Positions 9,088 to 18,435 of a stretch of DNA of 64,000 bases are shown here, one piece after another (the first letter of the stretch is position 1; every line of letters begins with the position of its first letter). The position numbers were made by a program, and so were the translations under genes. The DNA comes from an uncultured virus (IMG/VR IMGVR_UViG_3300001680_000191) (taxonomy: Duplodnaviria > Heunggongvirae > Uroviricota > Caudoviricetes): positions 1 through 64,000 of IMG/VR virus record IMGVR_UViG_3300001680_000191. One strand, 5' to 3'. The notes under the pieces are model-generated. The model made no database searches and had not been told where the DNA came from. It worked only from the letters and a program-made list of their open reading frames with translations.

Positions 9088-12000
9088 ATGCCGGAGTTAA
9101 CTTCAGAAGAGAGGCAAACTCATCGCGCCGCCGTGATAGCAGCCTACAAGGCGCGCATGAACCAGAACTGGGGGGGGCTGCAATCAGAGTGGGGTGACGT
9201 CTATGCTTATGATGATGACGGCCTCTTCGATGAGTCCTGGCCAGGTGATGATCTGTGGTCAACTCGATACGGTAGTTTAAGCGCTTCAGAAGGCGTCGGT
9301 GATGATGGCACCCTGACCACGACTACTTCGGGGGATGTAGGTGGCAGGGAAGCCATGGCTATTTTGATAGCAGCCGCCGAAGCCGACGGTCACGCTGCTG
9401 ATACGTCCTCCGAATGGGCAGAGGGTTACATGGATGCCGCGGCCAACCGAAGCGGGATAGCGGCGCGCCTTACAACTGATGGTATTAATGCATGGGAACA
9501 GATGACCGACGAGGAGTTTGATGAATACGCGTACGAGGGCGAATATTTCAAAGGTACGACGAGGATAGCTGCCGGCCACCCGAAATTCGGCGCCACCGTA
9601 GTATTCGAGAAGCTCAAAATTCACCTTAGAGACACCAGTAATCAGAATGGTGAAGACAAAATTGCCAACACACTATCCGCCGGCTCCACTAAAGACGGTA
9701 ACCAGAACATGCTCACTGGAAATCTAATGGAGCGGGAGAAGGAAGAGGAAGCGAAAGCCGCAACCCCCCCTGACACTCCAACATCCAAGATTTCCCGCGC
9801 TGGCATAGCATATGACACTGTTGAGTATCGAGAGCAATGTTTTCTCTTATCACAAATTTTTCATATTGTACAACACAGAGTTGATGTCCTCAATGAAAAT
9901 GAAGATGAACATAAAAATCTTCCTTATATAGACGAGGGGCAAACTGTGGGGCCGTCCTCGGACCCGAAAAATGTAGTCCCCACCAATAGCAGCATAATGA
10001 TAGATGCTCTCACTCCATACGCATTTATAAACCGCCTAACACAATATCCAGACCAACAAACGTTTATTGATCTGCCTACTGCAGATCTATCTCAGCTGCA
10101 GCCACAAATACGTCTTTTCCGAGTGACCGAAACCCGGAACGCATCGACGACCCAGCTTGAAGAAAACTCAACAGAAATGCTGTTCGACACCTCTACCACC
10201 CGACAGGATCTTGAGGAATTTATGAAGCCCACGGGCAAACGCGGATTCGGAGCCGGCATCAAAAGCTTTAATGTCAATTATGAGGCCAGCAATCCATTCG
10301 CATTGAAAAAAAGCATTAGTGCCGAACTAACTATTTTTGCCAACACATTTGATGAACTTACACGCGACCGAGGGGGGTACTCCTATATTGACTTGGCACT
10401 TAAAACCGGCGGAATGTCGTCTTTAGACAGCTTTGACGCAGCCCACGGCAACAACCTTAGTCCCAACGACAAAGCCAAGCGATATAATCTTTCAAAGCTT
10501 AATTTTAGACTCAAGGCAGTTGTGGGATGGTCAAGACCTCCCGGTGTACAAGGGTTCTCAAGCCCAGCAATTGCCAACACACTAAGCTCGTCATTCGTAA
10601 CTATAAACTTGACCCCCACCATCCACACCTTTGACTTTGATGAGATGGGGAGAGTCACCTTCAAAATTCAGTACCTGGCGTACATAGACGACTTCTTTGA
10701 TGAACCATCTTACAGCATCTTTAGCGATTACAAGTCGTTAGAGGCTCAAAAAGAGAGAGAATTACGATATAGGATGATTGCGGACACGTGCGACTCGGAT
10801 GCATTATCTAAATTTAAAGAAGATCAACACGAAGAGGTGCTAAAAGAATTATCCGATGCCCGGGCCAGTATCTGGAGTTTGCTACAAGAAGGCACTAACT
10901 TAAGATATATTAATCTTAAATACAGTTCTCTCCGAAAATACTCAGAGAATCCTGCTTATTTTAACTTAAAGAAAGCCGAAGAGGAAGCCCTTGACATTAA
11001 CAATTTACGAGATGCCAAAAAAGGGTTAAAGAATGGCTTAGCCGCGGCCGTTAAAGAATATAAAGATAACCCCACAGCTAAGGGACAAGGACATACAGAC
11101 AAAAAAAATGCAAACAGCACACAGCAAGTTGCTTTGGTATATTTCTATGTTAGCGATTTAATTGATATTATATTAAAATCCATAGATAACAATTTGGATG
11201 CTGCTGTAGAATTTTATACAAAACGTGTAAACAGCGGCGGCGCCGAGGGGGATTTTGATGACGCAAGCATGCACTCTAAGATGAAAAAAGCCTGGAAGTC
11301 CGCGGAATTGGCTGATAATTACTCACCGGCAAATTATGGCGCCCTTACCGCACTCCAGAAAACCGCCCTCAATAATGCGCTGGACGCCGGCCATTCCGCT
11401 GAAGTTCAGGGTGATCTATATCGTGCGGTTCGATTGCGTGAAAATTTCCGAAGGTATCGGGCAGTCTTTGGCCCCATAGAAATATTAAATATGGCTAATC
11501 CGGGCGAATCGTTGTCGGTGAACATAGGGGATCTGCCAATATCATATAAGTACTTTATGGAATGGCTCACGGGCCGCACGCTAGCTAAAGATCGCCCCTA
11601 CTATCCCATCTCTGCTTTTTTAAATGATTTTATTAATGGATTGATAAAGGGCTTTGTTAATGATGGAGAATGTTTTAAGCGAGGGACAGGACAGTCTAAA
11701 CAGAAAACTACACTATGCCAGACGGCGATAACAGCATATAATAGACAAGAAAATACATCTGACGTTTTTAGTGAGATGCTAGCTGAATATAGAGTGCGGA
11801 CCAAAGAACGTACGAGTCACGATACGAATCGCTTGCATCTTTATTATCACGATGCCGGTCAAGACAACACTGCCAGTTGGCGCCCTATTGATCGGTGGCC
11901 AATTCTAGAAGTCTCTGGCCCCCCCGGCAGCCCGGTCACTTCGCGCGGCTTATCCCGTGAAATAAATTATATTTGTTATTATGCAGGACGAAACTCACCG

Positions 12001-12603
12001 AATGAAAGAATGAATGGAGATCCTTATGAAGACATGGCACGCGGAGTGATGCATTACACAGCAGGCAAAGACGCCGGTATAGTGAAGACTATAAAATTTA
12101 CAAAAACGGAAGCCCCGGGCCTCAAAGAGGTTCGCTTCGAACAAGATGGATATGATGGGTTAGCCCAGCTGCGCGAAGTGTATAACGTTACAATTGATAC
12201 ATATGCGAATGTGAGTGCTTTCCCTGGCTCCTACATTTTTGTAAATCCTCTAGGATTAGCCCCTAATATGACATTTAGCTCTAAAATCGACCCCGATAAG
12301 TTAAGTGCACGAGATTTGAGCACTTATGGAATTGGTGGATACTACATGATTGTCCGAAGCGCACATTCATTTGGACCCGGCATCGCAAACACGCGTATAG
12401 ACGCAGTGTGGGTTGCTTCCATTGGTGGCGACCAAAAATCCGAAACAGGAAGTGATAGATACGATACGGTGGATGCCGAAGGCAAAGCGATAGAGAGGCA
12501 AACTAAGTGTAGCTTCATCAAGGGGGTATACTCGACCGCGGGTACCGAAAGAGGAAAGAAAGACGAGCCCGGCGACACGGTGGGCGAGGCCCCCGGACAA
12601 TGA
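9088..12603 (+). CDS. Large probable baseplate hub / tail-associated protein
   Basis: 1171 aa ORF in the tail module; C-terminal FPGSYIFVNP...GIGGYYMIVRSAHSF resembles hub proteins. Confidence 0.5.
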   Translation: MPELTSEERQTHRAAVIAAYKARMNQNWGGLQSEWGDVYAYDDDGLFDESWPGDDLWSTRYGSLSASEGVGDDGTLTTTTSGDVGGREAMAILIAAAEADGHAADTSSEWAEGYMDAAANRSGIAARLTTDGINAWEQMTDEEFDEYAYEGEYFKGTTRIAAGHPKFGATVVFEKLKIHLRDTSNQNGEDKIANTLSAGSTKDGNQNMLTGNLMEREKEEEAKAATPPDTPTSKISRAGIAYDTVEYREQCFLLSQIFHIVQHRVDVLNENEDEHKNLPYIDEGQTVGPSSDPKNVVPTNSSIMIDALTPYAFINRLTQYPDQQTFIDLPTADLSQLQPQIRLFRVTETRNASTTQLEENSTEMLFDTSTTRQDLEEFMKPTGKRGFGAGIKSFNVNYEASNPFALKKSISAELTIFANTFDELTRDRGGYSYIDLALKTGGMSSLDSFDAAHGNNLSPNDKAKRYNLSKLNFRLKAVVGWSRPPGVQGFSSPAIANTLSSSFVTINLTPTIHTFDFDEMGRVTFKIQYLAYIDDFFDEPSYSIFSDYKSLEAQKERELRYRMIADTCDSDALSKFKEDQHEEVLKELSDARASIWSLLQEGTNLRYINLKYSSLRKYSENPAYFNLKKAEEEALDINNLRDAKKGLKNGLAAAVKEYKDNPTAKGQGHTDKKNANSTQQVALVYFYVSDLIDIILKSIDNNLDAAVEFYTKRVNSGGAEGDFDDASMHSKMKKAWKSAELADNYSPANYGALTALQKTALNNALDAGHSAEVQGDLYRAVRLRENFRRYRAVFGPIEILNMANPGESLSVNIGDLPISYKYFMEWLTGRTLAKDRPYYPISAFLNDFINGLIKGFVNDGECFKRGTGQSKQKTTLCQTAITAYNRQENTSDVFSEMLAEYRVRTKERTSHDTNRLHLYYHDAGQDNTASWRPIDRWPILEVSGPPGSPVTSRGLSREINYICYYAGRNSPNERMNGDPYEDMARGVMHYTAGKDAGIVKTIKFTKTEAPGLKEVRFEQDGYDGLAQLREVYNVTIDTYANVSAFPGSYIFVNPLGLAPNMTFSSKIDPDKLSARDLSTYGIGGYYMIVRSAHSFGPGIANTRIDAVWVASIGGDQKSETGSDRYDTVDAEGKAIERQTKCSFIKGVYSTAGTERGKKDEPGDTVGEAPGQ

Positions 12604-12627
12604 ATTTCAACACAATAGAGAAACCAA

Positions 12628-13923
12628 ATGGCATCTTCTGATAATATTATTTACCGTCAAAGTGAAGCTCCTTCAGACACGGATGCACAGGCCGGTGATA
12701 GCACTCCAACCAATATGAGTGATCTATACATAGAAAGCTTGTATGCAGATAACACAACCAAGAATCTATACAACAAGCGCCTTCGGTATAAAAATGAAGT
12801 CGCGATAGCCACAGAAGATTATTCTAACGTGGTAGATTTCAATTTTGCTGAGAAACATCTATATGGGCGCACCAGCCGGCTATTTGTCCCTATGGTTGTT
12901 AGCGACCCCAACACACAAATTGTAAATATCAGAGGAAGTAAAACGGAGGGTGATTTTAAGGCTTTAAACTTTGTAGAAGAAAATTTCAATGAAATGACAT
13001 ACCAATTTAGAAAATCTGTGATGTCTAAGAAAATTAGTGCCGCCGATCCCTATTTATCGGAGCTTCAGGTATATAAAGCCTATGAAAACCCACATAAACT
13101 TTACTATGATCACTTGAGAATATACAAAGATGCAATCGACTCAATTTTTAAAGATGATAATGAATCGATTATAAGTTTTGATGACTTTCTAGCTAAACTT
13201 TTACCCTACCTTAAAAAGACTGCCCGAAAGCAACCCTTCACTTTTCCCGCATTCATAAAAAGCAACTATTGCCCCGTTCATGTCTCTGGTCTCGTCATAG
13301 AAATCGCAGATATTTCACCCGCCGCCGATGTAGAAAAAATACTCAAACTCACCTATAGTTCAAATTGGGAGTATTATCTAAATGCCTGTCGTAGTTATGG
13401 CTTTATGGTGGACAAACTATATCCTGGCCGCCTTGTAGCTGATATCGCCTCTAGTCCTATGCTGCGAAAGGCTGCAACATATAACATGGGTAGCACCGAC
13501 AGGGTTTTACGTGGAGCATATACGCCAGCACACCGAGGATATTATCGAGACTTTAGAAATATAATGCTCCGCTTTTATAATCAGGTTAAATATCCCTCCT
13601 TTAAGGCAGTTACGTGTAATAGCTCTAAGGCACCAACAGTAAAGACCACCAGGCCGATAGAATATCCCCCCCAAATTTTCAAAGAGCGATATAGTGAGTT
13701 GTTTTTCTTTAGGCTATACTGTACAATCAGATTTATGGAAGAAGAGAGCCCTTATACAAATAATGAAAAAACGTTATTGATTGATGATTGTATGGAGGTG
13801 TTTCGAAGGAAACCCCGGGCAGCTGTCGACATTTTTGAAAGAATTTTAAATAAAACGTTTGACTATATGGGCTCTTTAAGCTATATTAAGAGTAAGTTCG
13901 ATAGAATTGATTTAGAAAAGTAA
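12628..13923 (+). CDS. Hypothetical protein
   Basis: 431 aa ORF at the end of the tail module; no motif recognised. Confidence 0.7.
   Translation: MASSDNIIYRQSEAPSDTDAQAGDSTPTNMSDLYIESLYADNTTKNLYNKRLRYKNEVAIATEDYSNVVDFNFAEKHLYGRTSRLFVPMVVSDPNTQIVNIRGSKTEGDFKALNFVEENFNEMTYQFRKSVMSKKISAADPYLSELQVYKAYENPHKLYYDHLRIYKDAIDSIFKDDNESIISFDDFLAKLLPYLKKTARKQPFTFPAFIKSNYCPVHVSGLVIEIADISPAADVEKILKLTYSSNWEYYLNACRSYGFMVDKLYPGRLVADIASSPMLRKAATYNMGSTDRVLRGAYTPAHRGYYRDFRNIMLRFYNQVKYPSFKAVTCNSSKAPTVKTTRPIEYPPQIFKERYSELFFFRLYCTIRFMEEESPYTNNEKTLLIDDCMEVFRRKPRAAVDIFERILNKTFDYMGSLSYIKSKFDRIDLEK
13859..13887 (+). promoter_or_regulatory. sigma70-like promoter
   Basis: TTGACT-N17-TATATT upstream of the PolA-like gene. 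Confidence 0.6.
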
Positions 13924-13928
13924 GGCTA

Positions 13929-15116
13929 ATGTACTTCCAAACGATCGACGACAAGAAAGAGTGTGTAGGGGTTTATCAGGATGGTAAGCTCCTCTTTGAC
14001 CAGATTCCCTCTAATTTAGATCGAACTTGGAAGTATTCAGGTACGCTAGAGGGTACCGCAGCGGAATACGCATGGCTATATTGTGGTGGTATTTCTTTGG
14101 AGGCTGCATGCCCGGAATCACTTAAAGAAGAGTATGCCGCATCAGCCAAAAAAATGAGGGCTTACCGACGCTCTTTTGAACTGGCTAAAGTGGATCTATA
14201 TGAACACTGCTTTTTTGATTTGGTGCCACATGATTTTATCGTGAGATTCTTAGAAATAAAAAATAAGATCACCGAACATGTTTTTCAAACATGCGATAAA
14301 CCCTCTAACTATACGTTCTTAAGCGACGTACAAACACTCCTTCACCAGATCAAGTATCAAACGCTCAATTTAAATAATGAGGAGTGCCGCGAAATTTTTG
14401 TAAAGAGCGCTCTCCGTAAAGAAGCGCAAAAGTATCTTAATAAGCAAAACTATATTGACTATAACCTGTTTGGTACCGTCACAGGGCGTCTTACCACGAG
14501 GACCCACTCATTCCCTATACTGACAATGAGAAAAGAGCTTAGGAGGCTTATAAAGCCTCGCAATGACTGGTTCCTGTCGCTGGACTATAACGGAGCAGAA
14601 GTACGCACCCTGTTGGCCCTCAGTGGTATACCACAGCCGCCAGAAGATATTCATTCGTGGAATCTGAAGAACGTTCTTGAGCGCGCCGATATTCCCAGAG
14701 AAGAAGCTAAGACCATTTTCTTTGCATGGCTCTATAATCCTGATTCTAAGGCAATTAATACTGAATACTATGATCGAGAAAAAGTACTTGACAAATGGTA
14801 CTCAGAAGGATATATTAGTACTATATTCGGAAGGGAAATTAAAGTGGATCGCCGGCGCGCCTTAAATTATTTGATCCAGAGCACCACCTCTGATTTGGTG
14901 TTAGAACGCGCTTGCCGAATTTCGGAATTATTGAAGGATAAGAGTTCATTTATCTCCCATATAGTACATGATGAAATCGTGATAGATTTAGATAGTAAAG
15001 AAAGACATCTCGTACCCGAGATCAAAGAGATTTTTGCGAATAACCAGTTGGGACGCTATCTGGTCAATATGTCTGCGGGCCCAAATTACTTAGATCTGAA
15101 CGAGCTAAAACTATGA
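13929..15116 (+). CDS. Minimal family A DNA polymerase (polymerase domain only)
   Basis: TVTGRL, motif A LSLDYNGAEVR, motif B REEAKTIFFAWLY, ALNYLIQST, motif C HIVHDEIV; only 395 aa. Confidence 0.82.
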   Translation: MYFQTIDDKKECVGVYQDGKLLFDQIPSNLDRTWKYSGTLEGTAAEYAWLYCGGISLEAACPESLKEEYAASAKKMRAYRRSFELAKVDLYEHCFFDLVPHDFIVRFLEIKNKITEHVFQTCDKPSNYTFLSDVQTLLHQIKYQTLNLNNEECREIFVKSALRKEAQKYLNKQNYIDYNLFGTVTGRLTTRTHSFPILTMRKELRRLIKPRNDWFLSLDYNGAEVRTLLALSGIPQPPEDIHSWNLKNVLERADIPREEAKTIFFAWLYNPDSKAINTEYYDREKVLDKWYSEGYISTIFGREIKVDRRRALNYLIQSTTSDLVLERACRISELLKDKSSFISHIVHDEIVIDLDSKERHLVPEIKEIFANNQLGRYLVNMSAGPNYLDLNELKL

Positions 15117-15973
15117 TGTCGATAGTGGGTATCGGCAACGGCGCCAGTGCCATCGCCGCGAGATTTAAAGAACATTCTCAATATAATATTTACTGCTTAA
15201 ATGACAAAGTTAAAAAGAACGGCAAGGAAAGCTTTAAACTTAAGACCTTCGACAATCCAGAAGAATACGAAGACAATATCCCTAATTTAAAAAAGTTTTT
15301 TAAAGATGCTGACAAACACGTGCAGGTTTTTATTATGGGATCCTCATTAAGTTCTAATTACTCACTAGGAATTTTAGAACAACTCCAAAATAAGAAAGTA
15401 GATGTATTCTATATAAAGCCCGACACCGACCTATTAGCTGACACTCCCGCAAAGATAGAAAAGGTAGTAGGAGGGATCCTACAGGAATATGCTCGCTCAG
15501 GCTTACTTCACAGTCTCACTATAATTTCCAACGAATTTGTAGAACTGGCCATGGGAAATACAGTTCCCATTAAGAATTTTTATGATTCTCTAAACAAAAC
15601 CATTGTTTCAGCCATTCATTTTATCAACTATTTCACTCACAACGAACCGGAGATTGGCAATGTGTCTCGCCCCCAAGAAATAAACAGGATCAGGGCGATA
15701 GGATTTGCCACCGTAGAAAAACTTCAAGAAAAATGGTTCTTTCAGCTTGACAACCCTCGTGAAATATGTTATTATCTATGTGTAAATGATAAAAAATTAG
15801 AGAGCGATGGAGGATTACATAAGCGTATTGTTGAAAGTCTGAAAAGAAAGAATTCAAACGCCTATTTACGCCATTCATATGCAATCTATGAAACTTTTCA
15901 TGAACAAGACTTTGGGCTCTGCGTTGCCCACACTAACGCAATTCAAACAAATACTCTTGACAATCTTGAATAG
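15113..15973 (+). CDS. Degenerate tubulin/FtsZ-like protein
   Basis: N-terminal IVGIGNGASAIA loop and an LTIISNE...FYDSLNKTI pattern; the GGGTG(S/T)G signature is absent. Confidence 0.45.
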   Translation: MMSIVGIGNGASAIAARFKEHSQYNIYCLNDKVKKNGKESFKLKTFDNPEEYEDNIPNLKKFFKDADKHVQVFIMGSSLSSNYSLGILEQLQNKKVDVFYIKPDTDLLADTPAKIEKVVGGILQEYARSGLLHSLTIISNEFVELAMGNTVPIKNFYDSLNKTIVSAIHFINYFTHNEPEIGNVSRPQEINRIRAIGFATVEKLQEKWFFQLDNPREICYYLCVNDKKLESDGGLHKRIVESLKRKNSNAYLRHSYAIYETFHEQDFGLCVAHTNAIQTNTLDNLE

Positions 15974-15984
15974 AGTGTTATAAT
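15957..15984 (+). promoter_or_regulatory. sigma70-like promoter
   Basis: TTGACA-N16-TATAAT with TG extension upstream of the SSB gene. Confidence 0.6.
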
Positions 15985-16007
15985 ACCCATCATAAAGGAG
16001 AAACATT

Positions 16008-16787
16008 ATGGGAATCAACATGGAGCTTATGCGCCGCAAGCTCGCAAATTTGCGCGGTGACGGAAGAGGTTCTGACGGAACTTCACACTGGTTCAAGCCA
16101 GACGAGGGAGATACGGATATCCGTATTGTACCAACAGCGGATGGAGATCCGTTGAAGGAAATGTTCTTCCACTATAACGTGGGAGATCATAGGGGAGGTG
16201 TTGTGTGTCCGAAGCGAAACTACGGAGAACGCTGCCCCATCTGCGATTTTGCCTCACAGTTGTGGCGTGAAGGAACAGACACAAACGATGAGGAAACCAA
16301 GAAGCTAGCAAAGTCACTCTTTGTGCGCACTCGGTACTTCTCACCAGTCGTTGTACGAGGTCGAGAGGATGAGGGAGCGAAGATTTACGGCTACGGAAAG
16401 CAGGCGTATGAACTTTTGCTCGGGTATATTCTTGATCCTGAATACGGTGATGTCACTGATGTGCAAGAGGGCACCGATATCACCCTAACCTATACGAAGC
16501 CCAATAAGCCGGGCGCGTACCCACAAACAAGCCTGAAGATGCGTAGAAACACTTCGCCACTGCTTAAGGATAATGAAGCCGTCCCCGCCCTCCTAGATGG
16601 TATTCCAGAGTTTGATTCTCTTTTTGAGCGCCTTACTCCAGAGCAGGTAGATGTGATTCTCGATGAGCAGTTAGCCGGCGAAAAAACCGCTGAAGCGCGC
16701 TCGTCTGAGACAACGTCATACAACCACCAAAATAAGGGTGGAAAGAATGACGTGGACCGTGCATTTGATGAACTAATGTCAGGTTAA
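16008..16787 (+). CDS. Single-stranded DNA-binding protein (gp32-like)
   Basis: FHY...CPK...CPIC Zn ligands, YGDVTD..EGTDI, acidic tail DVDRAFDELM. Confidence 0.85.
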   Translation: MGINMELMRRKLANLRGDGRGSDGTSHWFKPDEGDTDIRIVPTADGDPLKEMFFHYNVGDHRGGVVCPKRNYGERCPICDFASQLWREGTDTNDEETKKLAKSLFVRTRYFSPVVVRGREDEGAKIYGYGKQAYELLLGYILDPEYGDVTDVQEGTDITLTYTKPNKPGAYPQTSLKMRRNTSPLLKDNEAVPALLDGIPEFDSLFERLTPEQVDVILDEQLAGEKTAEARSSETTSYNHQNKGGKNDVDRAFDELMSG

Positions 16788-16807
16788 TCTCAAGCTTGTT
16801 TATAATG

Positions 16808-16849
16808 GCCGCTGGCAGAGCGGGCATACAAATACTCTGCCGCACTTTT
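16808..16849 (+). repeat. Structured RNA motif, copy 1 (hairpin/pseudoknot followed by a T-run)
   Basis: GCCGCTGGCAGAG-CGGG...CTCTGCCGC; stem GGCAGAG/CTCTGCC; second copy at 17114. Confidence 0.6.
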
Positions 16850-16871
16850 AATCAACAGAAGGAGACATATA

Positions 16872-17105
16872 ATGTTAGAATGGTTAAAGTCCGCGTGGGC
16901 GCGCTGGAAGGTGCATGTTAGTGTTGTAGGAGGCGTTCTTGTTATCGCCACTGCATACGGTACATGTTCAGTCGAGCCCCCCACCGTTTCGGAGGCAACT
17001 CCGACATTCACAGAGCCAGCAACTGCTGGTGAAACCGTCCCGGTGTCCTCGACCACCGAGACTACCACTGAGACAACTACCGGCACTACCACCGAGACTC
17101 AGTAG
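16872..17105 (+). CDS. Small membrane-anchored protein with a Thr/Glu-rich tail
   Basis: AGGAG RBS; hydrophobic VSVVGGVLVIATAYGTC followed by TTET repeats. Confidence 0.7.
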   Translation: MLEWLKSAWARWKVHVSVVGGVLVIATAYGTCSVEPPTVSEATPTFTEPATAGETVPVSSTTETTTETTTGTTTETQ

Positions 17106-17113
17106 TCCCCCCA

Positions 17114-17150
17114 GCCGCTGGCAGACCGGTGTAAAGTCTGCCGCCATTTT
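17114..17150 (+). repeat. Structured RNA motif, copy 2
   Basis: GCCGCTGGCAGAC-CGGT-GTAAA-GTCTGCCGC; compensatory G-C to C-G change relative to copy 1. Confidence 0.6.
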
Positions 17151-17160
17151 AAAATAATCC

Positions 17161-17188
17161 TTGACATTTAAAATCAAGGTGTTATAAT
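17161..17188 (+). promoter_or_regulatory. sigma70-like promoter
   Basis: TTGACA-N16-TATAAT with TG extension. Confidence 0.65.
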
Positions 17189-17280
17189 AAAGACATCTTC
17201 AATGGAAGATAGATACGAATCTCTACCGCTTCGGCACTTGAGGTTCAGACATTAATATGCGAATTTGCAAAGGAGAAAAA

Positions 17281-18435
17281 ATGTCAAACAAAAAAGGTGC
17301 CGCTGACACCACAACCAGCATCATGAACACCAACGAAGTTAAGGTCGTTGACATTCACAATAACAACCCCCGTGTCCGCCCAGGGTTCAACACTCAAGGT
17401 ACAATTAACCTTGATGAATTCGACAAGTTGGTGAAAAGCAGCGGACTGGTACCAATCAAATTCAAAAGCTGCACGTTCAGTCATTTTGAATTTCTTGATC
17501 TCCATACGGTCGATTTAGATGACGAAAATTTTGCGAATTTAGGTATTCGTAATGAGTTTGATGCAAACGATCGTATTGATGGACTTGAGGTATCCTTTTC
17601 ACAACGCGGCTTTGTTATAACTGAGTGGCCGCCTAGTCGTGACTCCAATGGTGCATGGCTTGGAGGCCGAGGGCGCGCCTCCGCCGCCATTAACAACGAC
17701 GAACGTTGGTTGCCAACTGCGGTATATAGCCGCGAAGACACGTCGCTAAAGAATACGCTCACAAACGCATTCATTGAGAACTTGGACGATCTTCCGAACT
17801 CTCCCGCAACTTACGAGGATATTGTAAACGGCGGTGTTCACTTGATCAACTTGGGTGAGCTTGAGCCAACTGTTGCGGATATTGACAGCTGGCTTCGTGA
17901 CCTCCAGGTGGAGTTGCACTTCAAGACCGGTCAAATCACCAAAATGCGTGATAAGATTATTGAAGTTAGCACACGTGATGAATCATTGATTCTTCGCAAG
18001 GCCACTAAAGATTGGCACTCTTGGATTAAGCGTAACCTTGAGTTACGTAAGAAAGACTATGTACTGGTTAATGCATCTCTGGCATCCTGCGATACCTATA
18101 TTCAACGTGTCTGGTGTGAAACTATTCTGCCAGCCATTATTAAGGGTACTGATCCAGTAGATATTATCTTCTACACTAGCCTCTACCGTCCTCCGGAAGC
18201 ACGCGAGGCGCTATCGAAGTCGATCACCAAGCTGAATCAGCTTTACGCCATGTCATATGAACTAGTAAAAAGTCAGCTAGCTGCAGCCGGGCTGAATCTC
18301 GATGGGCTCTTGAAAGCAACTGGCAAATCTATTGGTGACGCCGAGAAGCCATTTAATATTATTGGTGCCTGCCCACAGATTGCTGATAGTCATGATCTTG
18401 AGAGCGATTCACTTGTTAGTGTGGCCAAATACTGA
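17281..18435 (+). CDS. Hypothetical protein, possible ParB/Srx-like N-terminal domain
   Basis: AAGGAG RBS before ATG 17281; WLGGRGRASAA and NAFIENLDD resemble ParB GxRR..A and ALIENLQR. Confidence 0.45.
   Translation: MSNKKGAADTTTSIMNTNEVKVVDIHNNNPRVRPGFNTQGTINLDEFDKLVKSSGLVPIKFKSCTFSHFEFLDLHTVDLDDENFANLGIRNEFDANDRIDGLEVSFSQRGFVITEWPPSRDSNGAWLGGRGRASAAINNDERWLPTAVYSREDTSLKNTLTNAFIENLDDLPNSPATYEDIVNGGVHLINLGELEPTVADIDSWLRDLQVELHFKTGQITKMRDKIIEVSTRDESLILRKATKDWHSWIKRNLELRKKDYVLVNASLASCDTYIQRVWCETILPAIIKGTDPVDIIFYTSLYRPPEAREALSKSITKLNQLYAMSYELVKSQLAAAGLNLDGLLKATGKSIGDAEKPFNIIGACPQIADSHDLESDSLVSVAKY

Noticed and set aside
17050..17100. ACCACCGAGACT-like short tandem repeats
   Set aside because: Explained by low-complexity TTET coding in the small membrane protein.
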